Source of the DNA: Trueperaceae bacterium
Lineage (GTDB): Bacteria > Deinococcota > Deinococci > Deinococcales > Trueperaceae
Assembly: GCA_034520945.1 (NCBI GenBank)
Contig: JAXHNB010000005.1
Coordinates: forward strand, 96,001 to 160,000
Direction: 5' to 3'
Length of the DNA stretch: 64,000 bases
Shown here one piece after another: positions 27,992 to 38,414 of the stretch. Both the position numbers and the translations under genes were made by a program. The first letter of the stretch is position 1; each line of letters begins with the position of its first letter. The notes under the pieces are model-generated. The model saw only the letters and a program-made list of their open reading frames with translations, made no database searches and was not told where the DNA came from.

Positions 27992-29239
27992 TCAGAAACG
28001 GTAGCCCTTCGGGATGGCTGTGACGCCGCCCTCGGTGACGGTGAAGCCGCGCGCGCGGTCCTCCTCCGCGTCGACCCCGATCCGGGTCCCCTCCGGCACC
28101 TGCACGTTCTTGTCGATGATGGCGTTGCGGATGGTGCAACCGCGACCGATCTCGACGCTGTCCAGCAGGATGGAGCGCTCCACCTGCGCGAAGCTGTGCA
28201 CGCGCGCGCGGCGCGACAGCACCGATGAGCGGACGGTGCCCCCGGAGATGATGACGCCGCCGGCCAGTAGGCTGTCGAACGCTTGGCCGCGCCGTTCGGC
28301 CTCTTCGTGCACGAACTTCGCGGGGGGCGAGAACTCGACCGACGTCCGCAGCGGCCATTCGTCGTTGAACAGGTCGAACTCGGGCACCACCGCCACCAGG
28401 TCCATGTTCGCCGCGTGGTAGCTGTCCATCGTGCCCACGTCCCGCCAGTAGGTGTTGGGGCCCTCTTGGCCCGGGATGGGGTTGCGGGCGAAGTCGTAGG
28501 CGTACAGCCTGCGACCTGACTTCAATGCGTCCGGCAGGACGTTCTTGCCGAAGTCGTGCTCGCTGGTCGGCTTGGCGGCGTCCTCGCTCAGCATCGAGAA
28601 CAGCGCGTCGCGGCTGAACACGTAGTTTCCCATCGACGCCAACGCGTGCGACGGATCGCCGGGAATCGGGTTCGGCTGCGCCGGTTTTTCCTGGAACTCG
28701 GTGATATGGAAGGCATCGTTCACCTGCAGGACGCCGAACCGGGAGGCGTCGGCGACCGGCGTGGGGTAGGCGGCGACGGTGACGTCGGCCTCCTTTTCCA
28801 GGTGGTACTCGATCATGTGGCTGATGTCCATCTTGTAGATGTGGTCGCCGGAGAAGATCGCGATCAGATCGGCGTCGTTGTTGTCGATCAGGTGCAGGTT
28901 CTGGTAGATCGCGTCCGCCGTGCCGCGGTACCACTCCGCACCGAGCTCCTCGTACAGGTACATCTGGGCGGGAGCGAGGGTGATGAAGTGGTCGGACAGG
29001 AAGCTGCCGAAGCGCCAGTTCCGCTGGATGTGCTCGGTCAGCGACTGCGCCTTGAACTGCGTCAGGACGTACATCCCGAAGATCCCCGAGTTGATCATGT
29101 TGTTGAGCGCGAAGTCGATGATGCGGTACTTGCTGCCGAACGGCACGGCCGGCTTGGTCCGCTTCCAGGTCAACGGGTGCAGGCGCGTGCCCTTGCCGCC
29201 GGCCAGCACCATGCCGACCGTCTTGAGCTTCTTCGCCAT
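27992..29239 (-). CDS. glgC: Glucose-1-phosphate adenylyltransferase
   Basis: [55 protein letters not shown]. Confidence 0.96.
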   Translation of the reverse strand: MAKKLKTVGMVLAGGKGTRLHPLTWKRTKPAVPFGSKYRIIDFALNNMINSGIFGMYVLTQFKAQSLTEHIQRNWRFGSFLSDHFITLAPAQMYLYEELGAEWYRGTADAIYQNLHLIDNNDADLIAIFSGDHIYKMDISHMIEYHLEKEADVTVAAYPTPVADASRFGVLQVNDAFHITEFQEKPAQPNPIPGDPSHALASMGNYVFSRDALFSMLSEDAAKPTSEHDFGKNVLPDALKSGRRLYAYDFARNPIPGQEGPNTYWRDVGTMDSYHAANMDLVAVVPEFDLFNDEWPLRTSVEFSPPAKFVHEEAERRGQAFDSLLAGGVIISGGTVRSSVLSRRARVHSFAQVERSILLDSVEIGRGCTIRNAIIDKNVQVPEGTRIGVDAEEDRARGFTVTEGGVTAIPKGYRF

Positions 29240-29410
29240 CTGCGTGGCCTCCTTGGGAGGTGCCGAATGCGGGGGTGTCGGAGGTTCGAGCCCGATGATA
29301 GCGCGCACCCCCCGCCCGTGTCGCTGTGGCGCGCAGCGTTCGGCGCGGTGCACGCCCGGCGTGCAGGCGGGCACACGGCCGCCGCCGGGTCGCGTGCTAG
29401 GCTTCCGCCG

Positions 29411-30472
29411 ATGACGACGGCCCCGCTTCCGCTGCTGTTCGACCTCGAACCGGACGACCTTCCCAGCGAGGAGGGGCGCGCCTACCGGCGGCGGCAGCTG
29501 GCCGGTTGGCTGTACCGGCGCGGCGCGCGCACCTTCGATCGGATGACCGATTTGCCGAAGGACTGGCGGGCGTCGCTGGCCGGCGCGTTCGCGATCGACC
29601 CGTTCGCCGAGACCGCGCGCTTTCCGTCGCAGGACGGATCGGTCCGCTACCTGTTCACGCTGCGGGACGGGCGCCGCACCGAAGCGGTGTACATGCCGTA
29701 CGAGAACCGCCGCACCGTGTGCGTGTCGTCGATGGTGGGCTGCCCGGCCGGCTGCACCTTCTGCGCGACGGGGGCGTTGGGGTTCGGCCGCAACCTCTCC
29801 CGCGGCGAGATCGTCGGCCAGCTGCTCGCGGTCGCCTGGCACGAGGCCATCCCGCCCGAGTGGATCCGAAACGTCGTCCTGATGGGGATGGGCGAGGCAT
29901 TGCTGAACTACGCCGAGGCGGTCGCGGCGGTGCGGCGCATGATCGACCCCCGCGCGCTCGGCCTCTCCGCCCGGCGCATCACGTTGTCCACCGTGGGGCT
30001 GCCGGCCAAGATCGAGCGGCTGGCGGAGGAGGGGCTGCCGCTCACCTTGGCGGTCAGCCTGCACGCGCCCGACGAGGAGACGCGGCGCACCATCATCCCC
30101 ACGGCGCACGCGCACGGCATCGACGAGATCGTGCGGGCCCTGCACGTGTGGCAGGCGCGGACCTCGCGGCGCGTGTCGATCGAGTACACCATGCTTGCGG
30201 GCGTGAACGATCGCGGCTGGCAGGCCGACGCCTTGGCGGCGCGGTTGCGCGGGCTCACGGCGCACGTGAACCTGATCCCGTTCAACGCCTGGGACGGTTC
30301 GGGCCACCGGGGCAGTTCCCGGGCCGCCATCGAGGCGTTCCGCGGGCGGCTCGAGGCGGCGGGGGCGTCGGTGTCGGTCCGCTTCAGTCGCGGGCAGGAC
30401 GCCGGGGGCGCGTGCGGCCAGCTCTCCCTGCAGGATGCCGGCGCCGCGACGGCGGGATCGCCGGTGGCTTGA
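29411..30472 (+). CDS. rlmN: 23S rRNA/tRNA m2A radical-SAM methyltransferase
   Basis: [40 protein letters not shown]. Confidence 0.95.
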   Translation: MTTAPLPLLFDLEPDDLPSEEGRAYRRRQLAGWLYRRGARTFDRMTDLPKDWRASLAGAFAIDPFAETARFPSQDGSVRYLFTLRDGRRTEAVYMPYENRRTVCVSSMVGCPAGCTFCATGALGFGRNLSRGEIVGQLLAVAWHEAIPPEWIRNVVLMGMGEALLNYAEAVAAVRRMIDPRALGLSARRITLSTVGLPAKIERLAEEGLPLTLAVSLHAPDEETRRTIIPTAHAHGIDEIVRALHVWQARTSRRVSIEYTMLAGVNDRGWQADALAARLRGLTAHVNLIPFNAWDGSGHRGSSRAAIEAFRGRLEAAGASVSVRFSRGQDAGGACGQLSLQDAGAATAGSPVA

Positions 30473-30541
30473 GCGCTGTGGCCCGGGGAGCGCGGCGGAC
30501 GTCGCGGGAGGGGCCGAGCGCCCGTGTGGCACGAGAATTCG

Positions 30542-30559
30542 TGGTGTACGATTTCACAT
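30542..30559. promoter_or_regulatory. Candidate Rex operator (could also be a Crp-type site)
   Basis: TGGTGTA-CGAT-TTCACAT matches 11 of 14 positions of TTGTGAA-N4-TTCACAA; upstream of TAGACT (30581) and of the gene run containing rex. Confidence 0.4.
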
Positions 30560-30673
30560 GGAGCACGGCCTGTCCGCGTGTAGACTCTGGCAACTCTCCC
30601 GGCCGATCCGTGCGAAGCGCGGCGGCGGCGTTCGGCGCCCGTCCGGGCCCCCGACTTTGATCTGGAGGCAGGC

Positions 30674-32212
30674 ATGAGCATCAGGAACGGAATGGCACCG
30701 GCACGGCCGCTGTGGGTCCTCGCCGCCCTTCTCGCGGTCTTCGCCTTGGTCCCCGCCATGGCACAGTCGTCCGTGGACCAGCTCCGCAGCGAGGCGGAGG
30801 CGTCCCCCGAGGATCCGCGCGGGTGGGTGGCGCTGGGCAACGCGCTGTTGGACGAAGAGGACGCGGACGGTGCGAAGGACGCCTTCCTCGAGGCGGTCGC
30901 GTTGGAGTACGCGCACTGCGACGCGCACTACGGGCTCGGCCTGGCCGAGTACGACCGAGGCGACTACCAGGCCGCGTTGTTCGCGTTCAACGAGGTCACG
31001 CGCTTGTGCTCGGACCGTTTCGATGGGCACTACAACCGAGGCGTGACGCTGTCGCAGTTGCGCCGACCGGCCGACGCCGCCGAGGCGTTTCGCGAGGCCG
31101 TCGCGCAGGCGGAACCCGAAGCGTCGTCCGAGGATCGCGTCATGGCCTGGGTCGGCTTGGCCGGCCAACTCAAGCGGACCGAGTCGTACGCCGAGGCCGC
31201 CGACGCGTACGACAGCGCCCTCACCATCCGGCCGACCGACGACGAACTGATCTACCTTCGGGCCGAGGCGCTGTGGCGGGCCGGCGAGGGGCTCGAGGCG
31301 CTGCCGGAACTGACCGACCTGGAGGGACGCACGCGCGACTACCGCGTGAGCTCCCTCATCGCCGACATCTACGTCGACGAGGGCCAGGTGGACCGGGCCC
31401 TGCGGTCGTTGGACCGCGCCCTTCGCCAAGCCCGCGAGGCGGACAACGACGAAGCGGTCGCCAGCCTGCAGGTCAAGCTCGGGTTGCTGCAGCGCAGCCT
31501 GGGGCGCGACGCGGACGCGGCCGACAGCTTCCGGCGCGCCGTCGAGGCCCATCCCGACAGCTGGGAGGCGCAGTACAACCTGGGCGTGAGCCTGCTGGAA
31601 GCGGGTCAGCTTCAAGATGCGTTGTCGGCGCTCGAGACCGCGGAATCGCTGCGCCCCGAAAGCGGGGAGGTCGCGCTGGCGCTGGCCAGTGGGTACGACC
31701 AGGCCGGCCGGCCCGAGGACGCCTTCCGCGCGGCCCAGCGGGCCGCCACCAGCCTTTCGGACAGTGAGAGCGTGACCGAGGCCCGCTTCATCGCCGGCCG
31801 GAGCGCCTACCGCCTGGGAGACTACGGCCAGGCACGCGAGTTGCTGGAGCGCGTGGTGGACGCCAGAGGCGACGACGCGGCCGCGCAGTTGTGGGCCGGT
31901 CTGGCCGCGTACCAGCAGGAGGCGTACGCCGCGGCCATCTCCTACTACCAGCGCGCCGTGCAACTGCGGCCCGACGACCCCACCGCCCGGGTCAACCTGG
32001 GGGCGGCCTACCTCGCCAGCGAGCGCTACGAGGACGCCGAAAAGGTGTACCAACTGCTGGTCGATCAGGACCCGCAGGACGCCGAGAGCCTGTACAACCT
32101 GGGGTGGTCGCTGATCGGTCAGGGCGATCGCACGCCGACGCGGGAGGCCTGGGCGTCCTCGTGCGACCTTGGGTACCGGGCCGCCTGCGACGCGCTGTCG
32201 CAGTACTTCTGA
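30674..32212 (+). CDS. Secreted tetratricopeptide-repeat protein
   Basis: Signal peptide (AMA-Q) and many TPR motifs (AHYGLGLA, AQYNLGVSL, ARVNLGAAY, SLYNLGWSL). Confidence 0.9.
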   Translation: MSIRNGMAPARPLWVLAALLAVFALVPAMAQSSVDQLRSEAEASPEDPRGWVALGNALLDEEDADGAKDAFLEAVALEYAHCDAHYGLGLAEYDRGDYQAALFAFNEVTRLCSDRFDGHYNRGVTLSQLRRPADAAEAFREAVAQAEPEASSEDRVMAWVGLAGQLKRTESYAEAADAYDSALTIRPTDDELIYLRAEALWRAGEGLEALPELTDLEGRTRDYRVSSLIADIYVDEGQVDRALRSLDRALRQAREADNDEAVASLQVKLGLLQRSLGRDADAADSFRRAVEAHPDSWEAQYNLGVSLLEAGQLQDALSALETAESLRPESGEVALALASGYDQAGRPEDAFRAAQRAATSLSDSESVTEARFIAGRSAYRLGDYGQARELLERVVDARGDDAAAQLWAGLAAYQQEAYAAAISYYQRAVQLRPDDPTARVNLGAAYLASERYEDAEKVYQLLVDQDPQDAESLYNLGWSLIGQGDRTPTREAWASSCDLGYRAACDALSQYF

Positions 32213-32252
32213 GCCGGTTGCGTCGAGGCGCGCCGAGGAGGGCGATGCAGTC

Positions 32253-33329
32253 GTGGATTGGGTAAGACGAAACTGGCCGGATCTGCTGATCGGGGTGGCG
32301 CTCGTCGCCGTCATCGCCGGGATCGTCGCGACCTTGCTCACCGGCGGTTCGTTCTTCCCCTTGCAGACCCGCGGCTCGACCGGGCAGGACGGGGCCGGGG
32401 GGACGCCCCAAGCGTCCGCGCCGCAGGCCGAGCCCGAGCAGGACGCCGGCTCCTCCGAGGACGGCCCCGGCGTAGCGGTCCTGCCGCCGAGCGACGAAGG
32501 CGAAGAGGACGCGGACGACCCGCCGCCGGGCGCGCCCGACCCGAGCGTGGAGGAGTCGGACGCGGCCACGGACGACGAAGAGGGCGGCGAGGCCTCGTCA
32601 GGCCAGGCCATCGAACCGCTGGCCGCGGGCGAGGAGGACGCCGAGGACGCACCTCCGGAGGGGGACGCTTCGGCCGCCCCCGCGGAGGACGCGGCCGAGC
32701 AGGCCGAAGCCGGCGGGGAGGAGGCGCCACAGGATCCCCAGCCCGATCCGTCGCCCGCGCCGGAGGCGGACGGCGAGGTGCCGACCGATCCGTACCGCGT
32801 CTCCGTCGGCGCGTTCGGCAGCGAGGCCAACGCACAGAACCAGGCCGAGCGCTTCCGGTCCGACGGCTTCCCCGTGTTCATCGGCCGGCAGGGGGCGTTG
32901 TGGTTGGTGCTGGTGGGCCCGTACGAGGAAGAGTCCGACGCGCAAGCGGCCGCCCAGCGCATCCGTGCAGGCGAGTACGACGTCGACCCCGTGATCTACC
33001 TGTTCGAGCCCGACGGCGACGCCGCCACGCAGGTTCAGGCCGCCGCGGAGGGCGACGCCCAGGAGACGGCCGAGGAAGAGGCACAGGACGAGACGCCGCC
33101 CGCCGCACCGGCCGCAGGGGAGGAGGGATCCGTCCTGCAAGTGGGGGCGTACGCGAACGGCGCCAGTGCAGAACCGTTCGAGGCGCGCTTGTCCACGTTG
33201 GGCTTCGCGCCCCGCCGCATCGAAGAGGGCGGCCTGATCAAGGTGGTGGTGGGACCGTTCTCCGGTCAGGCGTTGAGCGATGCGCGCGTCCTGTTGGACG
33301 GGGCGGACATCGAGTACTTCGCGCGCTGA
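32253..33329 (+). CDS. Membrane-anchored SPOR-domain protein
   Basis: N-terminal TM helix, acidic low-complexity linker, two SPOR domains (VSVGAFGSEANA; LQVGAYAN...VVVGPF). Confidence 0.85.
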   Translation: MDWVRRNWPDLLIGVALVAVIAGIVATLLTGGSFFPLQTRGSTGQDGAGGTPQASAPQAEPEQDAGSSEDGPGVAVLPPSDEGEEDADDPPPGAPDPSVEESDAATDDEEGGEASSGQAIEPLAAGEEDAEDAPPEGDASAAPAEDAAEQAEAGGEEAPQDPQPDPSPAPEADGEVPTDPYRVSVGAFGSEANAQNQAERFRSDGFPVFIGRQGALWLVLVGPYEEESDAQAAAQRIRAGEYDVDPVIYLFEPDGDAATQVQAAAEGDAQETAEEEAQDETPPAAPAAGEEGSVLQVGAYANGASAEPFEARLSTLGFAPRRIEEGGLIKVVVGPFSGQALSDARVLLDGADIEYFAR

Positions 33330-33970
33330 TGTCGTCCATCCCCAGTGCCACGGTGAGCCGCCTGGTCACCTACCTGCGCATCCTCACCGACCTGTACGAC
33401 AAGGGCGTCGCCAAGACCTCCAGCGATCACCTTTCGCGCGAGGCGCACGTGTCGGCGTTTCAGGTCCGCAAGGACCTGGCCTACTTCGGGCGCTTCGGAA
33501 CCCGCGGCGCGGGCTACAGCGTCGACACGCTGCACCGCGAGCTGCGACGCATCCTCGGTCTGACCCGGGCGTGGAACGTGGCCATCGTCGGCATGGGCCG
33601 GCTGGGCGAGGCGCTGGCCGACTACCCGGCGTTGGACCAGTACGACTTCGTGCTCAGCGCCGCGTTCGACGTGGACCCCGCCAAGATCGGCCGTACCATC
33701 GCCGGCCTGGAGGTGCGCACCATGGATTCGTTGGCTTCGAGCGTCCAGGAGCTCTCCATCGACATGGCCTTCCTGACCGTCCCCAGCCCGGCCGCCCAGC
33801 CCGCCGCCGACGCCCTTGGCGCCGCCGGGATCCGCGGCATCCTCAACTTCGCGCCCACGGTGATCGATCCGCCCTCCGGCGTGCACGTCGAGCGCGTGGA
33901 CTTTCTCGCAGGCCTGAAACGGCTGTCGTTCTATATTTTCAACCCGAAGTCCAAGGAGGAGACGGCATGA
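33329..33970 (+). CDS. rex: Redox-sensing transcriptional repressor Rex
   Basis: IPSATVSRL..YLR, QVRKDLAYFG.FGTRG.GY, VGMGRLG.AL, GILNFAP. Confidence 0.95.
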   Translation: MSSIPSATVSRLVTYLRILTDLYDKGVAKTSSDHLSREAHVSAFQVRKDLAYFGRFGTRGAGYSVDTLHRELRRILGLTRAWNVAIVGMGRLGEALADYPALDQYDFVLSAAFDVDPAKIGRTIAGLEVRTMDSLASSVQELSIDMAFLTVPSPAAQPAADALGAAGIRGILNFAPTVIDPPSGVHVERVDFLAGLKRLSFYIFNPKSKEETA

Positions 33971-34653
33971 CACCATCCACACGAACCGACGCCGCCCACG
34001 GTACGGGCGTGCGGGCCACGCTGGCCCCGTTGCTGGCCTTCCTGCTGGCCGCGCTGCTGGCCGGGTGCGGGATCAACACCGAACTGGACGCGTTCGATGC
34101 CGAGGTCGGCTTCCAGCCCACCAGCCTCGGGTTCGAGGTGGACGACGAGGGGAAAATCGAGATCACGTCGCACGTCGTGACCTTCAACGTGGCCCCGGGT
34201 TCGGTCGGTGGGGTCGTCACAGGGTACGACGTGGCGTTCTTCGACAACCTGGGCGAGCCCTTCATCGGCTCGGTCGACGAGGAGAATCCGCAAGAGGTCG
34301 AGGACCACGAGTTCACGGTCCGTGACTCCATGAGTCAGCGGCTGCCGCCTGGCCGGGTGTGCACGGGCGCCGGGGAGCAGCCCCCCTCCGATCCGTGCCG
34401 GGCCTCCAGCCCCGACGTCACCTACCAGTGGGTGACGGCCGATCCGATCTCGAACGTGGTGACCCTTCCCGGACTGGTTGCTAGCGAGCTTGTTTCCCGG
34501 GCCGACACCAATGGTGATGGCCTGATGGATAGCTTTGATGAAATCGCGGGCTACGCGGAGTTCACCTTCTACGTCCGTACCGACAACGGCCGTGTGGTGA
34601 CGCTCCCCACTCAGCGGGTCGGCTTCACCTTCCCCGTTACCGGCGGCGAGTAG
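33967..34653 (+). CDS. Putative lipoprotein of unknown function
   Basis: Lipobox LLAG-C; AAGGAGGA SD; ATGA overlap with rex; DTNGDG motif. Confidence 0.75.
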   Translation: MTPSTRTDAAHGTGVRATLAPLLAFLLAALLAGCGINTELDAFDAEVGFQPTSLGFEVDDEGKIEITSHVVTFNVAPGSVGGVVTGYDVAFFDNLGEPFIGSVDEENPQEVEDHEFTVRDSMSQRLPPGRVCTGAGEQPPSDPCRASSPDVTYQWVTADPISNVVTLPGLVASELVSRADTNGDGLMDSFDEIAGYAEFTFYVRTDNGRVVTLPTQRVGFTFPVTGGE

Positions 34654-34689
34654 GCGACCACGTACAAAGGGCGCGACGTCGCCGGCCGA

Positions 34690-34738
34690 CCGGCGCGTCC
34701 CGCCCCGACGCCGGCGCGTCCCGCCCCGACGCCGGCGC
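34690..34738. repeat. 21-bp tandem repeat, about 2.3 copies
   Basis: CCGGCGCGTCCCGCCCCGACG twice, then CCGGCGC. Confidence 0.85.
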
Positions 34739-34758
34739 ACCCGGGGTACCATCACCGC

Positions 34759-35706
34759 GTGTTCGCACCCGTCCAGGACCGCCTTGCATCGTTCGAGACG
34801 CGCCTGGCCGAGGTGCTCCGTTCCGACGTCGCCTTCATCGAGGCGATCGGCGAGGACCTCGCTGGCGCCGGCGGCAAGCGCCTGCGGCCCGCGCTGTCCT
34901 TCCTGGCGGCCGACCTGATCGGCGCCGACGGCGAAGACGCCATGCGCGTCGCGTTGGCGGTCGAGCTGCTGCACTCCGCCTCCCTGCTCCACGACGACCT
35001 GATCGACGACGCCGAGACCCGCCGCGGCCACGAGGCCGCGTTTCGGCGTTACGGCAACGTGGTCAGCGTCATGTCCGGCGACTTCCTGCTGGCGCGGGTG
35101 CTGGGGCTGCTGGCCGACGCCGGCGATGCCGCCTTCACGCGCCGCATGTCGCGCACCGCCGCCGCGATCTGCGAAGGGGAGGTGCTGCAGTTCCAGATGG
35201 CCACCCTGGAGACCTGGTCGCTGGACGCCTACCGCCGCGTGATCGAAGGCAAGACCGCCGAGCTGCTCGCCACGGCGATGGAAGGCCCGGCGTTGCTGGC
35301 CGGCCGCAGCGACGAGGTGCGGGAGGCGCTGCGTACCTTCGGGATGGCGTACGGGCGCGCGTTCCAGATGCAGGACGACCATCTGGACCTGCTCGGCGAC
35401 CCGGAGGCGTTGGGGAAACCGGTCGGCGGCGACCTGCGCGAAGGCAAGGCCACCTACCCCGTGCTGTGGCTGCTGCAGGAGGGGTGCGACGAAGCGGCCG
35501 ACATCCTGCGCCGCCACGCGCACGACCCTGGCGACGTGGCGCGCATACGGGCGCTCGTCGCCGAGCACGGCGCCGACGTCGCCACCCGCGACGTGATCGA
35601 AGCAGAGGCGAACGCCGCCGTGGATGCGCTGGCTTCGTTCGAGGAGGGGCCGGCCAAGCGAACGTTGCTGGCGCTGGCGCGGCGCGAGATCGACCGAACG
35701 CGCTGA
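34759..35706 (+). CDS. Polyprenyl diphosphate synthase (HepT/IspB-like)
   Basis: GGKRLRP, LLHDDLID (FARM), RRG, GKTA, FQMQDDHLD (SARM), DLREGKAT. Confidence 0.93.
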   Translation: MFAPVQDRLASFETRLAEVLRSDVAFIEAIGEDLAGAGGKRLRPALSFLAADLIGADGEDAMRVALAVELLHSASLLHDDLIDDAETRRGHEAAFRRYGNVVSVMSGDFLLARVLGLLADAGDAAFTRRMSRTAAAICEGEVLQFQMATLETWSLDAYRRVIEGKTAELLATAMEGPALLAGRSDEVREALRTFGMAYGRAFQMQDDHLDLLGDPEALGKPVGGDLREGKATYPVLWLLQEGCDEAADILRRHAHDPGDVARIRALVAEHGADVATRDVIEAEANAAVDALASFEEGPAKRTLLALARREIDRTR

Positions 35707-35803
35707 CGCACGCCTCGGTGGTGCATCGCGGACGCTCGGGCAGAGACGCCAGGACCGTGCGAAGCGGTCGGCTGCGCGACCCTCTGGCGACCCCCGTGCT
35801 CGC

Positions 35804-37279
35804 TCAGCCCTTTGCCGACGTTCCTGCGGTGTCGTCGTTCGCTTCGGCCCGCCGCGCGATGTCGCGCAGCATGGCGGGGAAGAGGAGCGCGTGCATCGGG
35901 TAAACGCTCCACCAGTACAGCAGGCCCAGCAGGCCCCGCGGTTCGAAGAACGCGGTCTGACGCAGGCGCGTGCCGTCGCCCTCGGGCGTCAGATCGAACC
36001 GCAGCCAGGCCCGCCCGGGGAGCTTCATCTCGGCGCGAAGCTGAAGGTGGTCGTTCTGCGCCACCGACTCGACCCGCCAGAAGTCCACCGCGTCGCCGGC
36101 GCGGAGCGATCCGGGATCGCGGCGGCCCCGGCGCATGCCCACCCCGCCCAGCAGGCGATCCACCGCGCCGCGCAACTGCCACGCCCAATCGAACACGTAC
36201 CAGCCCTGATCGCCGCCCAAGCGCGTGATCGCCCCGAACACCGCTTCCGGTGCGGCAACGACGTGGCGGGCGCGCCGGTCCTGCAGCATGCCCTCCGCGT
36301 CCACCAACTTGTCCGCCGGCGGCGTCCCGCTCGGCACCGACGAGACGGCGTCGCTCCACAGCGTTTCCGGCGCGCCCTGCCGCGTACGGTCCAGCGCCAG
36401 ATCGACGGCGGTCCGATACGGGGTCGGCGTCACCCCGTAGCGGGTGGCCGGGCCCGGATCGTTGACGATCACCTCCGAGGCCAGCCCCGCGGCCAACGGC
36501 TGGGCGATGCTGGCGGGAATGGGCGTCACCAGGTGGATCCAGTAGCTGGACAGGCTGGGGCTCAACACCGGGGTGGGCACCATCCAGCGTCGCAATCCCC
36601 GCGCCTCGGCGTACCCCTCCATCAGGCGGCGGTAGGTCAGGACCTCGGGCCCGCCGATCTCCACGATGCGATGCCCCTCCGGCGGATGGTCCGGCGCGCG
36701 CCGCAGGTAGCTCAGCACGTCGCGCACCGCGATCGGCTGGACGCGCGTGTCCACCCATCGCGGCGTGACCATGATCGGGAGGCGTTCGGTGAGGTAGCGG
36801 ATCATCTCGAACGACACCGAGCCGCTCCCCACCACGATCGCGGCGCGGAACTCGGTCAGGGGCACGCCGGCGGAGGCCAGCACCCGCCCCGTCTCCTGCC
36901 GGGAGGCGAGATGCGGGCTCATCCCGGTCTTCGCGTCGCCCAAACCGCCCAGGTACACCAGGTGTTGCACGCCGGCGGCGGCGGCCGCCTGCGCGACGTT
37001 TCGGGCGGCGTCGCGGTCGCGGGCCTCGAAGCCGTGCGCGCGGGCGCCCATGCCGTGAATCAGGTAGTAGACGATCTCTTGGCCGTCGAAGGCGTGCGCA
37101 AGGCTGTCCGGCGACAGCGCGTCGCCCTCCACCACCTCGACCTGGTCGCGCCAGGCACGACCGTCCAGGCGGACGGCGTCGCGGACCAGGCAGCGCACGA
37201 TGTGCCCGTCTTGGGCGAGGAGGGGGGCGAGGCGCCCGCCCAAGTAGCCGGTGGCGCCGGTGACCAGGATGCGGCTCAT
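35804..37279 (-). CDS. YbjT-like atypical SDR with C-terminal DUF2867-like domain
   Basis: ILVTGATGYLG, IVVGSGSVSFE, QPIAVRDV, LGGDQGWY, VDFWRVE, AEMKLPG.AWL. Confidence 0.88.
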   Translation of the reverse strand: MSRILVTGATGYLGGRLAPLLAQDGHIVRCLVRDAVRLDGRAWRDQVEVVEGDALSPDSLAHAFDGQEIVYYLIHGMGARAHGFEARDRDAARNVAQAAAAAGVQHLVYLGGLGDAKTGMSPHLASRQETGRVLASAGVPLTEFRAAIVVGSGSVSFEMIRYLTERLPIMVTPRWVDTRVQPIAVRDVLSYLRRAPDHPPEGHRIVEIGGPEVLTYRRLMEGYAEARGLRRWMVPTPVLSPSLSSYWIHLVTPIPASIAQPLAAGLASEVIVNDPGPATRYGVTPTPYRTAVDLALDRTRQGAPETLWSDAVSSVPSGTPPADKLVDAEGMLQDRRARHVVAAPEAVFGAITRLGGDQGWYVFDWAWQLRGAVDRLLGGVGMRRGRRDPGSLRAGDAVDFWRVESVAQNDHLQLRAEMKLPGRAWLRFDLTPEGDGTRLRQTAFFEPRGLLGLLYWWSVYPMHALLFPAMLRDIARRAEANDDTAGTSAKG

Positions 37280-37385
37280 TGGGCCAGCTTGCACCGGATC
37301 GGCGGGCGCCGATGTCGTGGCCGCACGCGGTCGCGTCCACGGGCGCGGACCGGCACGCCCGCTCCGAGGCGCCCCCCCTGTTCGT

Positions 37386-38414
37386 TCAGAAGAAGGCGCG
37401 TACCGAGGTGCCGACGCCGACGGTGGTGATCCCGTCGCCGGCGTGCAGGGCGGGGCGGACCGACCAGGTGAGGTCGGGACGCTCGATGTTCACCTGGACG
37501 CCCAGGTCCAGGACCGGCGTCCGGCGGGCGGGATCGCCGCGCGCCCGCGGCCATGCCACGCCGGCGCTCGCTTCGACGCTCAGGTCGCGAAGCGGCGACA
37601 GGCGGGCGCTGCCGTGCACGGCCGGCCGGCTCGCGGTCGCGCTGAGGGCGGCGTCCTCCGGCGCCCAAACCCCCTCCAGCGTCCACAGCACGTCGCCGGC
37701 GAAGCCGGTGAGGCCCAGGCCGCCCCGCGCACGCACGGGGTCCCCTAGCAGCCAGGTCTCGCCGTAGGCCACCAACTCGCCCACGGTGCCCGACGCGGTG
37801 ACGCCCAGGACGGGACGTTCCGTCCAGGCGGCGTGCGCCTCGAGCGTCAGGGGGCCCGATTCGCGCCGGAGCGCCAGCGCGCCGCCGAGCGACCCGAGCC
37901 GCGCTTCGGCGTCCACCGGGACCAGGAGCCCCGCGCGGAGCCGCCACGGGGTGGGGTAGTACGCGGCGCGGGCGCCGAGCAGGCCGCGCGGCTCGCCGGT
38001 GGCCAGGCGGCCGTCCAGGCGCAGCACCTCGCGCAGGCGCATTTCGCCCATCGACCATCGCTCCAGCCCGGCCGACAGGTCCAGGCGCGGCGTGCGGTGG
38101 CGCAACAGGGCCTCCTGCAGCCCGGGCTGCGCCCGCACGTCGTGCGGCGCCTCGCCGAGGCCGGCGCCGGCCGCCAGGGCGGGCGACGTCAGCAGGCGCA
38201 GGGTGGTCCCGCCCAGCGCGGCCTCGACCTCCAGGCGGGCGCGGATCGACACCGGCACGGAGGTGCGGGTGGCCTCCGCGGTGGACGTGGCGTGCACGCC
38301 GCTGTCCAGCCCCACCTCGCCCCGCACCGTGAGCGTCGGGTGGGCGCCGGCGAGGGCGGCGGCCGCCAGCGTGATCAGGACCGCCGCCAGGCGTGGTGCG
38401 CGGCCGCCGCTCAT
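37386..38414 (-). CDS. Putative outer-membrane beta-barrel protein
   Basis: Signal peptide, amphipathic beta-strand pattern, terminal aromatic residue (VRAFF); last gene of the ABC module. Confidence 0.55.
   Translation of the reverse strand: MSGGRAPRLAAVLITLAAAALAGAHPTLTVRGEVGLDSGVHATSTAEATRTSVPVSIRARLEVEAALGGTTLRLLTSPALAAGAGLGEAPHDVRAQPGLQEALLRHRTPRLDLSAGLERWSMGEMRLREVLRLDGRLATGEPRGLLGARAAYYPTPWRLRAGLLVPVDAEARLGSLGGALALRRESGPLTLEAHAAWTERPVLGVTASGTVGELVAYGETWLLGDPVRARGGLGLTGFAGDVLWTLEGVWAPEDAALSATASRPAVHGSARLSPLRDLSVEASAGVAWPRARGDPARRTPVLDLGVQVNIERPDLTWSVRPALHAGDGITTVGVGTSVRAFF

Noticed and set aside
34681..34740. Possible CRISPR-like repeat
   Set aside because: Head-to-tail tandem copies without spacers, and no cas genes in the window.
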